This document shows, in pieces, positions 50,675 to 60,865 of a stretch of DNA of 64,000 nt. Location of the stretch: assembly GCF_946998875.1 (NCBI RefSeq), contig NZ_CAMQAY010000001.1, forward strand, positions 106,614-170,613, given 5' to 3'. A program made the position numbers and the translations under genes. Within the stretch, counting starts at the first letter, position 1, and each line of letters starts with the position of its first letter. Origin of the DNA: an uncultured Peptoniphilus sp. (lineage in GTDB: Bacteria > Bacillota > Clostridia > Tissierellales > Peptoniphilaceae). The notes beneath the pieces were generated by a model, which saw nothing but the letters and a program-made list of their open reading frames with translations, made no database searches and was not told the DNA's origin.

Positions 50675-51604
50675 ATGAAAATAACTGAACTTCTAAATAT
50701 TAAGTATCCAATTTTTCAGGGAGCCATGGCAAATATTTCTACTGCAGATCTTGCTGGTGCAGTTTCAGAAGCTGGTGGTCTTGGCATGATAGCAACAGGT
50801 GGCTTTAGTCCAGAGGTCGTTAGATCTGAAATTAGAAAAATAAAAAGGATGACAGATAAAGCCTTTGGCGTAAATATGGTAATGATTCATCCACAAATTG
50901 ATGAGCTCAATAAAATTGTTGTGGAAGAGGGAGTAAAGATTATAACTTGCGGCGCAGGCAATCCTGAGAAGTATTTTGACTACTGGCTAGAAAAGGGTTT
51001 AAAGGTAATTCCTATAATTGCAAATAAAAAAATGGCGCAAAAAGTTGAGAGCCTTGGTGCCCTTGCCTGTGTCTTTGAAGGGGCAGAGGCAGGTGGACAT
51101 ATTGGGAAGCTAAACACTTTTCCCGCTCTGCCAGAAATATGTGACTCAGTAAAAATTCCTGTGATCTCTGCTGGTGGCATTTACACGGCAAGACACATCT
51201 TAGCTGCAGAAATTTTGGGAGCAAGTGGTGTGCAAATGGGCACGAGATTTTTGGTGTCAAAGGAAGCACCAGTCCACGAAAATTTCAAAAAAGTTTTAAT
51301 TGAGGCAACGGATAGGGACACAATTGTAACTGGAATTACAAGACCACATCCAATTAGGGGCTACAAAAATAAATTGGCTGAAAAACTTTTGGAGATCGAA
51401 ATAAATAATTTCGACCAAGAAGAATTTGAAAAGTACGCAGCAGGCTCTGGCAAGAAGGCTGTAAGAGATGGCGATGTAGACTGGGGATCTGTCATGGCAG
51501 GCGAAGGCTATGAGTATTTAAATAAAATTGAAAGCGTAAGAGATATAATAGAAAACATTATGAGAGAATATGAAGATTTGAAAGAAAATTTTAAGAGAAG
51601 CTAA
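50675..51604 (+). CDS. NAD(P)H-dependent flavin oxidoreductase, nitronate monooxygenase/FabK family
   Basis: YPIFQGAMANISTADLAGAVSEAGGLGMIATGG, the NPD/FabK N-terminal motif. ATG at 50675 after GGAGGA. Confidence 0.82.
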   Translation: MKITELLNIKYPIFQGAMANISTADLAGAVSEAGGLGMIATGGFSPEVVRSEIRKIKRMTDKAFGVNMVMIHPQIDELNKIVVEEGVKIITCGAGNPEKYFDYWLEKGLKVIPIIANKKMAQKVESLGALACVFEGAEAGGHIGKLNTFPALPEICDSVKIPVISAGGIYTARHILAAEILGASGVQMGTRFLVSKEAPVHENFKKVLIEATDRDTIVTGITRPHPIRGYKNKLAEKLLEIEINNFDQEEFEKYAAGSGKKAVRDGDVDWGSVMAGEGYEYLNKIESVRDIIENIMREYEDLKENFKRS

Positions 51605-51668
51605 GATTTTCTTTGTCACTTAATAAATTTTATAGTAAAATAATTTCGCAAAAAAATTGGAGTAAAGT

Positions 51669-52397
51669 ATGGAAAGATTTAATAATGAAAAATTAAAAAA
51701 GATTCAAGTCCTAAATGGGGCACAGTTAAAGTATATTGCCTTTATTTCTATGCTAATTGACCACATAAACAAGGGCATAATTTTACCCTACCTTGAAGTG
51801 GGAAGCACTCTATCAAAGATTTCTACAGTTTTTGATGTCTTGGGCCGCATTGCCTTTCCACTCTTTTCCTTTTTTGTTGTGGAAGGATTTTTTAAGACTC
51901 ACAGTAGGAAGAAATATTTACTAAATTTACTTTTATTTGCAGTGATTTCTGAAGTACCCTATGACATGTTTTCTTCAAAAGTTTTTTTAGAATTTAGATT
52001 AAATAATGTTCTATTTTCTCTTGCCCTATCATTAATTTTTATATGGGTCTTAGACGAATTTAGAAATAAATTTGAGGATAAAATTGGCAAGTGGTGGCTT
52101 CTTATTTCAATTCCACTTTTAATTGTAATGTACTTTGCAAGCACTTTTGTGTCAGGTGATTATGATTTCCACGCAATACTTACAGCTTTCTTTTTTTATA
52201 TATTTTATAATAGACCTATTACTTCAGCAGTCCTTGCCTATTTAAGTATTATTAAAGAAGTTTGGTCAATACTGGGTTTTGGTTTAACTATAATGTATAA
52301 TGGCGAAAAGGGAAAGCAAAATAAATTATTTAATTATTTATTTTATCCAGTCCACCTTTTTATCTTGGGACTACTTAGGTTTTACCTAAATATATAA
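51669..52397 (+). CDS. TraX-family membrane protein
   Basis: LKYIAFISMLIDHINKGII start typical of TraX (PF05857). 6-7 TM. Confidence 0.7.
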   Translation: MERFNNEKLKKIQVLNGAQLKYIAFISMLIDHINKGIILPYLEVGSTLSKISTVFDVLGRIAFPLFSFFVVEGFFKTHSRKKYLLNLLLFAVISEVPYDMFSSKVFLEFRLNNVLFSLALSLIFIWVLDEFRNKFEDKIGKWWLLISIPLLIVMYFASTFVSGDYDFHAILTAFFFYIFYNRPITSAVLAYLSIIKEVWSILGFGLTIMYNGEKGKQNKLFNYLFYPVHLFILGLLRFYLNI

Positions 52398-52598
52398 AAT
52401 TAAATAGAAATTTTTATATAAACAATGAGATGCCTTTGAGAGAACTATTAACTTTAAGTAAATATAGAATAGTTTTCCAAGGGCTTTTTTAAAGAAAAGT
52501 GTTAATTATATTAAGGATACAAATGAACTTGAAAAAGAATCTTATTTCAACTAAAATATAAATGTAACGAAGTACATAAAAATTTAAGGAGGATGTAA

Positions 52599-53546
52599 AT
52601 GAAAGCGTTAATGGTAGATTATATGTCAGATGTAATTGACAAGGGACTTGAAGAAAGAGGTATTGAACTTGATAAAGTTATGCTTCCAACTTCTGAAAAA
52701 TTAGCAGAAATTATTGAACCTTATGATTTCTTATTCATGAGAGTTGACCCATTCATCAACAAGGAAGTTCTTGATGCTGCTAAAAACTTAAAGGCAATTT
52801 TCGTTGGTTCAACAGGAACTAACCACATTGACCTTGAATATGCAAAGGAAAAAAATATTCCAGTTAAAAACTCTCCAGGACAAAATGCAAACGCAGTTGC
52901 TGAACTTGTTTTTGCAAAAATGTTAGACCTTTACAGAAACTCTGTACAAGCTCAAAACGAAGTTAAATCTGGAATTTGGAACAAATATAGATGGATTGGT
53001 AGAGAACTTAGAAATAAGACTCTAGGAATTTGTGGTTTTGGCGCAATTGGTAGAAGAGTTGGCGAAATAGCTAATGTATTCCACATGAGCGTTCTTGCTT
53101 ATGACCCATTCTTAAAACCAGAAGACATCAAAGTTGACTATGCTAAACTTGTTGATTTCGATACTCTTGTAAAAGAATCTGACATCGTAACTCTTCACAT
53201 GCCACTAACTCCTGACACTAAGGACTTATTTGCTAAAGAAGAATTTGAAAAGATGAAAGACGGAGCTTGCATAATAAATGCTGCTCGTGGCGGAATTGTT
53301 AACGAAGATGACCTATATGACTACATCAAAAATGGCAAACTAGGTGGAGCAAACTTAGATACACTTTCTAACGAACTTGGCTCTGGCGGACTTGACACTC
53401 AAGATGTTCCAGTAGAAAACAAATTATTTGAACTTGATAGACTTTATGTAACACCACACATTGGTGGATCAACTATCGACGCTCAAGACGACATTGGACA
53501 TGTAATTCTTAAAAACTTTGACGAATTATTTCCAAACTGTAAATAA
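52599..53546 (+). CDS. D-isomer-specific 2-hydroxyacid dehydrogenase (PGDH/GyaR-like)
   Basis: GICGFGAIGRRVG NAD motif. Catalytic RGG...E...H arrangement. Confidence 0.82.
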   Translation: MKALMVDYMSDVIDKGLEERGIELDKVMLPTSEKLAEIIEPYDFLFMRVDPFINKEVLDAAKNLKAIFVGSTGTNHIDLEYAKEKNIPVKNSPGQNANAVAELVFAKMLDLYRNSVQAQNEVKSGIWNKYRWIGRELRNKTLGICGFGAIGRRVGEIANVFHMSVLAYDPFLKPEDIKVDYAKLVDFDTLVKESDIVTLHMPLTPDTKDLFAKEEFEKMKDGACIINAARGGIVNEDDLYDYIKNGKLGGANLDTLSNELGSGGLDTQDVPVENKLFELDRLYVTPHIGGSTIDAQDDIGHVILKNFDELFPNCK

Positions 53547-53653
53547 TTAAATAAATTTTTAGGGCTGTTTGTTTTTAGTAAAATGAACAGCCTTTTACAT
53601 AATATTTAAGCTTTAATAATACTTAAGCACTTAATAGGGGAGGATGAAATAAG

Positions 53654-53842
53654 ATGAAAAAGCAAAAGTTTTTTAAATTTATTGAGTATCTCTTTTTTGC
53701 AATAACAACTTTTATGACAGGTGTCTTTTTGTATTATCTTTATGAAAGAAAGGAACTAGATTTTTTAAAGACTTTAATGCCATATTTTGGGATACTTGTT
53801 TTTGCATCCTTTATTAGTGCTGTAAAATACAAAAAGAAATAA
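53654..53842 (+). CDS. small membrane protein (62 aa, 2 TM)
   Basis: GGAGGA RBS. Two hydrophobic helices. No homology recognised. Confidence 0.4.
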   Translation: MKKQKFFKFIEYLFFAITTFMTGVFLYYLYERKELDFLKTLMPYFGILVFASFISAVKYKKK

Positions 53843-53953
53843 AATAATTTTTTAAGGCTGCTCACAATGTGGGCAGTTTTTTTGCAGCCTTTATTCATTG
53901 TAATGACAATATATTTGTAATAAAATAATGAAAGAGATTAAGAGGAGGATGAC

Positions 53954-55564
53954 ATGAAGGACTATTACGCACCAATTATTTTATTATTAGCTTTTACTGG
54001 AGTAATTTTTTTATACAATTACTATGTGAAAATAAAAAATGAAAGAATTTTGCGAGTTGAAATAAGAAAAAACTTCGGCAATATTCACTCAAAAAAATTC
54101 AAGGGAAAAATCGACTGCATACATAAAAGACTTGGGGGAAATTTAAGTGAAATAACAGCAGCTGATTTAAATTTCGACAAAATCATCGAGAAGATGAACC
54201 ATAACATGACAAGGATGGGTCTCGAGTATTTTTATTATAGGCTGAGAGATTTAATTTTAAATAAGGACAAAATCAAAAAGACTCAGAATAACATAAAGCT
54301 TTACGCTGATAGTGAAGACGAGCTTCTAGACATGCAGTTTCAACTGGGAAAGATTGGATTTTTCAAGGAAGATGTCCTAAATCTTATTGAAGAAGAAGTT
54401 AAAGTAGATAGAGAACTTGAGATTGCGGCGAAAATTTTTTCTTTCACTGCACTTTATATTATTCTTCTCTTTATTTTCTTAAGGGCCAAGGCAGTCCTAT
54501 TTATCTTTGCTCTCCTTGGAGTCAACACTTTTATTTACAAAAAATTTAATGAAATAACTTTGGGGAAATTGGAAAGCCTAGTAAGGCTTAAAAGTATTTT
54601 ATTTGTATCAGAAAGCTTGACGAAAAATAAAAACAAAGTCTTCACAGAAGAACTCCAAGAAGTGGAAAATATTTTAAGAGAACTTGGGCCCCTAAAGAAA
54701 ACTTTAAAATCCTTTGGTTTTTTGACGGGCAATGCAGAGATGGACTTCGCTGAAACTTACAAGAATGTATTATTTTTATCAGAAGCCAGGAGTTTTTCCA
54801 AGGCACAAAAATATTTCAAAAAATATGGAGAAGAAATCTTTAGACTTTACTACTTGCTGGGAAAAATCGACTGCCAAATTGGAATTATTTCAATCACAAA
54901 GGCCTATGGCACAAACTTTGCAGACTTTGGAGAAAAAATTTCTGGCAAAAACTTATACACTCCACTCTTAAAGGACCCAGTAGCAAATGATTTAGATTTA
55001 GAAAAATCAATGATCCTTACAGGCTCAAATGCATCAGGAAAGTCAACTTATCTTAGGACAATTGGCATCAATGCAGTCTTTGCCTTAAGCTTTGGAATAT
55101 TCTTTGGCGAAAAATTTGAGATAAAGCCAATGAAATTAAGATCAGCCATTGACATATCTGACTCAATAATGGAAAACCTATCCTATTTTATGGCAGAGTC
55201 CAAGGCAATAGGAGATATGATAGAAGATGGAGAAGAAAAAATAATTTTGCTTGACGAAATATTTAGGGGGACAAACACCATTGATAGAATAGCAGCAGCC
55301 ACTGCAACTCTAAAATATTTGGCAAGGAATAACCATGTAGTGGCAGCAACACACGACATTGAACTTACAATTTTGTTAAAAGATTTATACAAAAATATGC
55401 ACTTTGAAGAAAAAATAGAAGAGGGCGACATAAAATTCGACTACCTATTAAAGGAAGGACCAGCCACAAGCCGTAACGCCATTGCAATCTTAGACAACCT
55501 AAACTACCCAAGAGAAATAATAAGTGAAGCAAGAGCCCTTTCAAAGGACTTAGAAGAAAGATAA
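53954..55564 (+). CDS. membrane-anchored MutS domain-V family ATPase
   Basis: C-terminal ABC ATPase of MutS type: Walker A TGSNASGKSTYLRT, Walker B ILLDEIFRGTNTIDR and ATHD H-loop. N-terminal 200 aa contain 3 TM helices. No mismatch-binding or clamp domains. Confidence 0.7.
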   Translation: MKDYYAPIILLLAFTGVIFLYNYYVKIKNERILRVEIRKNFGNIHSKKFKGKIDCIHKRLGGNLSEITAADLNFDKIIEKMNHNMTRMGLEYFYYRLRDLILNKDKIKKTQNNIKLYADSEDELLDMQFQLGKIGFFKEDVLNLIEEEVKVDRELEIAAKIFSFTALYIILLFIFLRAKAVLFIFALLGVNTFIYKKFNEITLGKLESLVRLKSILFVSESLTKNKNKVFTEELQEVENILRELGPLKKTLKSFGFLTGNAEMDFAETYKNVLFLSEARSFSKAQKYFKKYGEEIFRLYYLLGKIDCQIGIISITKAYGTNFADFGEKISGKNLYTPLLKDPVANDLDLEKSMILTGSNASGKSTYLRTIGINAVFALSFGIFFGEKFEIKPMKLRSAIDISDSIMENLSYFMAESKAIGDMIEDGEEKIILLDEIFRGTNTIDRIAAATATLKYLARNNHVVAATHDIELTILLKDLYKNMHFEEKIEEGDIKFDYLLKEGPATSRNAIAILDNLNYPREIISEARALSKDLEER

Positions 55565-55577
55565 AAATATATAAATT

Positions 55578-55607
55578 CCACTGGACTTGTGCCAGTGGTT
55601 TTTTTGA
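55578..55607 (+). terminator. rho-independent terminator
   Basis: CCACTGG-acttgtg-CCAGTGG followed by T8. Confidence 0.85.
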
Positions 55608-55706
55608 CAAAGCTTTTCATACTTTAATTGTTTTTTCTTATAATATATAATATTAGTAGGAATGAAATTTTTTATATAGATTGTGCATATAGATTGTGAG
55701 GGAAGT

Positions 55707-56312
55707 ATGAGGATTTATTTTACAAGACATGGGGAGACTGAATGGAACAGGGCTGGAATTATTCAAGGGCAAGATGATTCGCCACTTACTGAAGAAGGCA
55801 TTGAAATGGGTGTGATTCTTCGCGAAAAGTGTAAGGACATTCACTTTGATAGAGTTTATTCATCTGATCTTGGCCGTGCCTATGACACTGCAAAACTCAT
55901 TTGTCCCAATAGAAAGATTATCAAGACTTCTCTTCTTCGTGAAATAGATGTGGGTTATTGGTCTGGCAAAAATATTAAGGATGTTAGAAGAAAGGACAGG
56001 TGGCTTCACAGTCTTTATTTTGACAATCCTCACAAATACAATAGAATTGATGGTGAAAGTCTCTACGACCTAAAGAGGCGAGTTGAGAAATTTTTTGAGT
56101 ATGCTGTTTATCCTGAGCTTGACAAAAATATTTTAATTGTCACTCATGGAGTTACTATTGTTGCCATGTATTCTATTATGGAAAATGTGCCCATGGAAAA
56201 TTTTTGGGTAAATAGGGTAAGGCGCAACGCCGAGTTTAACATTGCTGAATATCATGATGGCAAGTTTAAGATTATTAAAAAGGCTCCACAAAATCCTGTG
56301 GATTCTATTTGA
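55707..56312 (+). CDS. histidine phosphatase family protein (phosphoglycerate mutase-like)
   Basis: RIYFTRHGETEWN catalytic RHG motif. ATG at 55707 after GAGGGAAG. Confidence 0.85.
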   Translation: MRIYFTRHGETEWNRAGIIQGQDDSPLTEEGIEMGVILREKCKDIHFDRVYSSDLGRAYDTAKLICPNRKIIKTSLLREIDVGYWSGKNIKDVRRKDRWLHSLYFDNPHKYNRIDGESLYDLKRRVEKFFEYAVYPELDKNILIVTHGVTIVAMYSIMENVPMENFWVNRVRRNAEFNIAEYHDGKFKIIKKAPQNPVDSI

Positions 56313-56321
56313 GGTGATTAG

Positions 56322-57257
56322 ATGAAAAATTATGATTTGATTATTATTGGTGCAGGGGCAGCTGGTTTAAGTGCTGCTATTTATGCTGGCAGGTCTCTTT
56401 TAAATACTCTTGTCATAGAGAAGTTTTCCTTTGGCGGAAGGGTTAACGACACGCCAAAAATTATCAACTATCCTGGCTTTAAGGAAATTTCGGGAAGAGA
56501 TCTTATTAATGAGTTTAAAAAGCAAGCTGAAAATTTTAAGACTAATAATTTTATTTATGGTACTGTTTCTAAAATCGAAAAAGTTGATGATGGATTTAAG
56601 CTTACTACTGCAAGGCGAAAGGAATTTTTTTCTAAGGCAATTATTATTGCTACAGGAACTTATGCCAAGATGATAAATGTGCCTGGTGAAACGGAATTTG
56701 CTGGTCGTGGCGTGTCCTACTGCTCAACTTGTGATGCTGATTATTTTAAGGACAAGGACATACATATTTTAGGTTCAGGGGACCTTGCTTTAGAGGAAGC
56801 AGATTATCTCTCCAATTTTGCCAACTCCATTAACATGATTATTATTCACGATGAGGGAAATTTTGACGGAAATGAACTTGAAGTTGAGAGAATAAAAAAG
56901 AATCCAAAAGTTTCTTACACTTGGCACTCAAAACTCCAGGGAATTTATGGTGACGAAAGAGTTAACAGTCTTGATATTTTAAATTTATCTGACAAGAGAA
57001 GCACTAGGGTAACTTCTGATGGGATTTTTATCTTTGCTGGCATGAGTCCCAACTCCGACTTTGTTAAAGACCTTGTGGAAGTAGATAGTTTTGGCTTTAT
57101 AAAAACTGATGACTGCATGAGGACATCTGTGGAAGGAATTTTTGCTGCAGGAGACATAAGAGAGAAGCCCCTTAGACAAATTGTCACAGCGGCAAATGAT
57201 GGTGCAGTGGCAACAGTTTATGCAGAAAAGTACATTAGAAATAGAGGTGTATTATGA
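56322..57257 (+). CDS. thioredoxin-disulfide reductase-like flavoprotein (CSTC redox motif)
   Basis: FAD motif IIGAGAAGLSAA, redox pair YCSTCD (TrxB has CATC), NAD(P) GSGDLALEEA and C-terminal GIFAAGDI. Confidence 0.8.
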   Translation: MKNYDLIIIGAGAAGLSAAIYAGRSLLNTLVIEKFSFGGRVNDTPKIINYPGFKEISGRDLINEFKKQAENFKTNNFIYGTVSKIEKVDDGFKLTTARRKEFFSKAIIIATGTYAKMINVPGETEFAGRGVSYCSTCDADYFKDKDIHILGSGDLALEEADYLSNFANSINMIIIHDEGNFDGNELEVERIKKNPKVSYTWHSKLQGIYGDERVNSLDILNLSDKRSTRVTSDGIFIFAGMSPNSDFVKDLVEVDSFGFIKTDDCMRTSVEGIFAAGDIREKPLRQIVTAANDGAVATVYAEKYIRNRGVL

Positions 57258-59035
57258 GAGTCTATCCAAGGGGAACTGTAGTCTACAATAGAGAAAAGGC
57301 CTACAATGGCATAAATTTAATTTCAACGGCAAAGGACGGTGCTCTTATAACAAAAATGGACGGCACAGAGCTCAAAAGGTATTCTGTAAACCCAATGCCT
57401 GCCAAGATGCTGCCAAACAAAAATATTATGAGTATTTCTTCCTTTAGGTCATCAGATTTTGGCGTCAGCGATGGTATTAAACTCATTGAGTTTGACAAGG
57501 AGGGCAAAATTCAATTTGACTTCGACAAGTTTAAGTTTACAGAGGACAGGGGCTACAGGCCAAAGTGGATGGCTAGGGCTCACTCTGACTTCCAAAGAGA
57601 GGGTAACTCTCTTGGCTACTATTATCCTGGTGAAAAAATTGTTGAAGGGGGCAAGACTCTCCTACTGGTTCACGATGCAATTAAGGACAGCAGAATTTCT
57701 GATAAGACTTTACTTGATGATGTGATTTTAGAAGTGGACGAAGAGGGAAATATTGTTTGGAAATTTTCCTTTAGCGAGCACTTTGACCAGCTGGGATTTT
57801 CTGAAGAGGCGAAAAATGTTCTCTACAGAAATCCAAACCTGAGAATGACAGAGAGGCCTCTTGGAAATTATTTAGATGTTACATCAATTTCAACAATTGG
57901 CGAAAACAAGTGGTATGACCAAGGAGATCCACGCTTTCACCCAGATAATATTTTATTTACGGCGAGAGCTGCCAATATTATTGGCATAATCGACAAAAAG
58001 AGGTCACGCATTTGCTACAAGCTGGGACCAAATTTTTCTGACTTCAAAAAGGTTGACCCTGTAGTTGGCTCTGCCTTTGCAAGTATTATTCCCAAGGGCT
58101 TAAAGGGCGAGGGAAATCTTTTAATTTTTGACAATGGCGGAAGATGTGGCTACGGTTCACCAACCCTAACATCTCCATCGGGTCTTCTTCCCTTCGTGAG
58201 AAATTATTCAAGAATTCTTGAAATAAATCCAGTGACTCTGTCAGTTAACTGGTCAGTGGATCCTAGGGATTTTGGTTTTTCTATTCCAATGAATGGCTAC
58301 AAATTTTATTCGCCCTATGGTGGAAACCTTCAAAGACTTCCCAATGGCAACACCCTAATAACTCTTGCCACAGAAGGTCTTGTATTAGAGATTACTCACT
58401 CCAAGGAAATAGTTTGGCAGTGGACTTGCCCTTACAGGACTACTACGGAAAATCTTTTGAAAAACAATATGATCTACAGAGTTTATAGGTATCCTTACGA
58501 TTATCTAGGCGTAGATGAAAGTGAAAATGAAATTGAAGAGATTGAAGATGCATCCTACTACAAGTTAAGGGGTGCAGGGAGCTTCAAATCTGTGGAGGTT
58601 ACTAATGTAAATAGAAGTTCACTAAATAATGACATTGACCCACTTTCACAAGAGTCTGAGTCAGTAATTGACCTTGAAGAAAATAAAAAGGTAATTAAGA
58701 GAAATGAATCTGTAATAAAATATGTGACAGAAAATCACTTCGATGATACGATAAAAAATCAAAAGGCGGCTCTTGTCATCTTTGGTGCAGAGAGATGTTC
58801 TCACTGCGAGCCACTTATGGAAGTTATGCAAGTTCTTCTTGAAGAAGAATTTAGAGAAGTCTCTTGCTATTATATGGATTTGGACAAAAATAAGGACTTT
58901 GCAGAGAAAAATGAAATCTTTCAATTACCGCGAGTTTCCTTCTACAAGGATGGCGAAAAAGTTTACGAGTTCATTGGAGAAAAATCCTATGACGAAATTG
59001 CTGAATTAATTGAAAAATATATTTTAGGAATTTAA
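57254..59035 (+). CDS. fusion protein: ASST-like beta-propeller domain plus C-terminal thioredoxin-fold domain (CSHC)
   Basis: N-terminal 430 aa with repeated G.W/..W blades resembling arylsulfotransferase-family propellers (tentative). C-terminal ALVIFGAERCSHCEPL thioredoxin motif. No signal peptide. Start overlaps the TrxB-like stop (ATGA). Confidence 0.55.
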   Translation: MRVYPRGTVVYNREKAYNGINLISTAKDGALITKMDGTELKRYSVNPMPAKMLPNKNIMSISSFRSSDFGVSDGIKLIEFDKEGKIQFDFDKFKFTEDRGYRPKWMARAHSDFQREGNSLGYYYPGEKIVEGGKTLLLVHDAIKDSRISDKTLLDDVILEVDEEGNIVWKFSFSEHFDQLGFSEEAKNVLYRNPNLRMTERPLGNYLDVTSISTIGENKWYDQGDPRFHPDNILFTARAANIIGIIDKKRSRICYKLGPNFSDFKKVDPVVGSAFASIIPKGLKGEGNLLIFDNGGRCGYGSPTLTSPSGLLPFVRNYSRILEINPVTLSVNWSVDPRDFGFSIPMNGYKFYSPYGGNLQRLPNGNTLITLATEGLVLEITHSKEIVWQWTCPYRTTTENLLKNNMIYRVYRYPYDYLGVDESENEIEEIEDASYYKLRGAGSFKSVEVTNVNRSSLNNDIDPLSQESESVIDLEENKKVIKRNESVIKYVTENHFDDTIKNQKAALVIFGAERCSHCEPLMEVMQVLLEEEFREVSCYYMDLDKNKDFAEKNEIFQLPRVSFYKDGEKVYEFIGEKSYDEIAELIEKYILGI

Positions 59036-59065
59036 GAGCTGAAAGAAATTTTTCTTGAATTAAAA

Positions 59066-59096
59066 AAACTGAGGGCGACCTCAGTTTATTTTTTTG
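59066..59096. terminator. bidirectional terminator
   Basis: AAACTGAGG-gcga-CCTCAGTTT flanked by A-run and T-run. Confidence 0.8.
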
Positions 59097-59099
59097 AAT

Positions 59100-59729
59100 T
59101 TATTTATTTGTATGCCAAGATAAATTTATATAGCCTCTCTTATTTACTCCTGAATTAATTAAAAACCTATTTTTTACCATGCGAAGCATATACTTGTCGT
59201 CCTTGTAGGAGTCGGAGTAGGCAAGGGAATTTTCGTAGTCAATTTCATAGCCATCTCTTTTTAAAATTTCTTCAATATTTTTTACCTTGACATCCTTTTT
59301 GTTGTTGCCGCGACATAATTTATAGTCGTCGTCTAAGTCTGTTCCAATAATATAATCAAAAGAAAACAATTCGCCCACATAAATTAAATAATTTGTGGCA
59401 GAGGCAGAGCAGAGGATTTTTATGGTGTCCTCGTCATATGAAGAAAATCCATCTTCAAATTCCTTAAAGAAAAATTTTGGATAGAGATAGTTTGTCACAA
59501 AGTCTTGGAGGTCATCTTCTGTCAAATATTTTATAATAGAGACCATCTGATTTTTCATAATTTCAAAATCAGAATTTACCTTTGATTTTATGTAAGCCAC
59601 AGCTAATTTCCAAAGATTTTTAAAAATATTTATTTTTTTATTTTTGTAGGCATATTTATAAAGCTCAACTATGGACTCGCAATTCACCACAGTTTTGTCA
59701 AAATCGTAGAGCGCAACTTTTCTTTTCAA
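59100..59729 (-). CDS. HAD-family hydrolase (HAD-IB/PSPase-like)
   Basis: Motif I LYDFDKTVV (DxDxT). Confidence 0.7.
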   Translation of the reverse strand: MKRKVALYDFDKTVVNCESIVELYKYAYKNKKINIFKNLWKLAVAYIKSKVNSDFEIMKNQMVSIIKYLTEDDLQDFVTNYLYPKFFFKEFEDGFSSYDEDTIKILCSASATNYLIYVGELFSFDYIIGTDLDDDYKLCRGNNKKDVKVKNIEEILKRDGYEIDYENSLAYSDSYKDDKYMLRMVKNRFLINSGVNKRGYINLSWHTNK

Positions 59730-59797
59730 AATCTCACCTCTCTAGAATTATATCAAATTCTCTTCTTTATAAAAAGCTCTTGTGATATACTAAAGTC

Positions 59798-60865
59798 GTG
59801 ATATTTATGGGAATTATTATACATGTTGATATAGACGCCTTTTACGCATCAGTAGAAGAGCTTGACGATAGGAGCATAATAGGAAAGCCAGTAGTCGTAG
59901 GTGGCAGGTCCAATCATGGAGTTGTCACTACGGCTAATTATATTGCGAGAAATTATGGCATCCACTCTGCCATGCCCATGTATATGGCGAAAAATCTCTG
60001 TGACCATCTGATCATCAAGCCCATGAGAAGGGAAAGGTACCTAGAAAAGTCTCGGGAAGTTTTTGACGTATTAAAGAAATATACAAATAAAATCGAAAAA
60101 GTTTCCATTGATGAATCCTATCTCGACCTGACGGGACTTGGCTACGATGAAAGTATTGTCTATGATCTTCAAAAAGATGTCTATGAAAAAACAGGGCTAA
60201 GCGTTAGTGTAGGTCTTAGCTACAACAAATTTTTGGCAAAACTTTCAAGCGACTGGAATAAGCCAAGGGGAGTTATGATTATAAGAGAGTCCGACATGCC
60301 AGAGATTTTATTTCCCCTGGACATAAGAAAGATTCACGGCATTGGCAGCAAGTCTGAGAAAAAACTTAGAAATATTGGCATAAATAAGGTTGAGGACCTT
60401 TACAACCTGTCCTACGATTTTTTGGTGGACATGTTTAAAAAAAGTGGCGAAGAAATTTATTATAGAATCAGGGGCATTGACAAGAGAGAAGTGACGCCAA
60501 ATGCTGTGAGGAAAAGTCTTGGCACAGAGTCAACCTTTGAAGCCACAAAAAATAAAGATAAGCTCATAAATTACTTAAAGGACTTTGCCAGAGAAGTGTC
60601 AGAAGATTTAATTATAAAGGAAATTTCTGGCTACACCTTGACTTTAAAGATGAAAAATGAAAATTTTAAGCTTAAGACCAGGTCCAGAACCTATGACGCA
60701 GCCATTTTTGAGGAAGAAGATATTTTTAATAAGAGCCTGGAAATATTTTTTGAGGCCTATGAGGGCGAAAAGCTAAGGCTCATTGGCATCACTGTTTCCA
60801 ATTTAGTGGACTTAAATATTAGACAGCTTTCTTTTTTTAATAGGGGGAGAAATGGAGAAAATTAA
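59798..60865 (+). CDS. dinB: DNA polymerase IV
   Basis: IIHVDIDAFYASVEEL catalytic motif with Y-family palm/fingers and little-finger. Start ambiguous (GTG 59798 or ATG 59807). Confidence 0.88.
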   Translation: MIFMGIIIHVDIDAFYASVEELDDRSIIGKPVVVGGRSNHGVVTTANYIARNYGIHSAMPMYMAKNLCDHLIIKPMRRERYLEKSREVFDVLKKYTNKIEKVSIDESYLDLTGLGYDESIVYDLQKDVYEKTGLSVSVGLSYNKFLAKLSSDWNKPRGVMIIRESDMPEILFPLDIRKIHGIGSKSEKKLRNIGINKVEDLYNLSYDFLVDMFKKSGEEIYYRIRGIDKREVTPNAVRKSLGTESTFEATKNKDKLINYLKDFAREVSEDLIIKEISGYTLTLKMKNENFKLKTRSRTYDAAIFEEEDIFNKSLEIFFEAYEGEKLRLIGITVSNLVDLNIRQLSFFNRGRNGEN

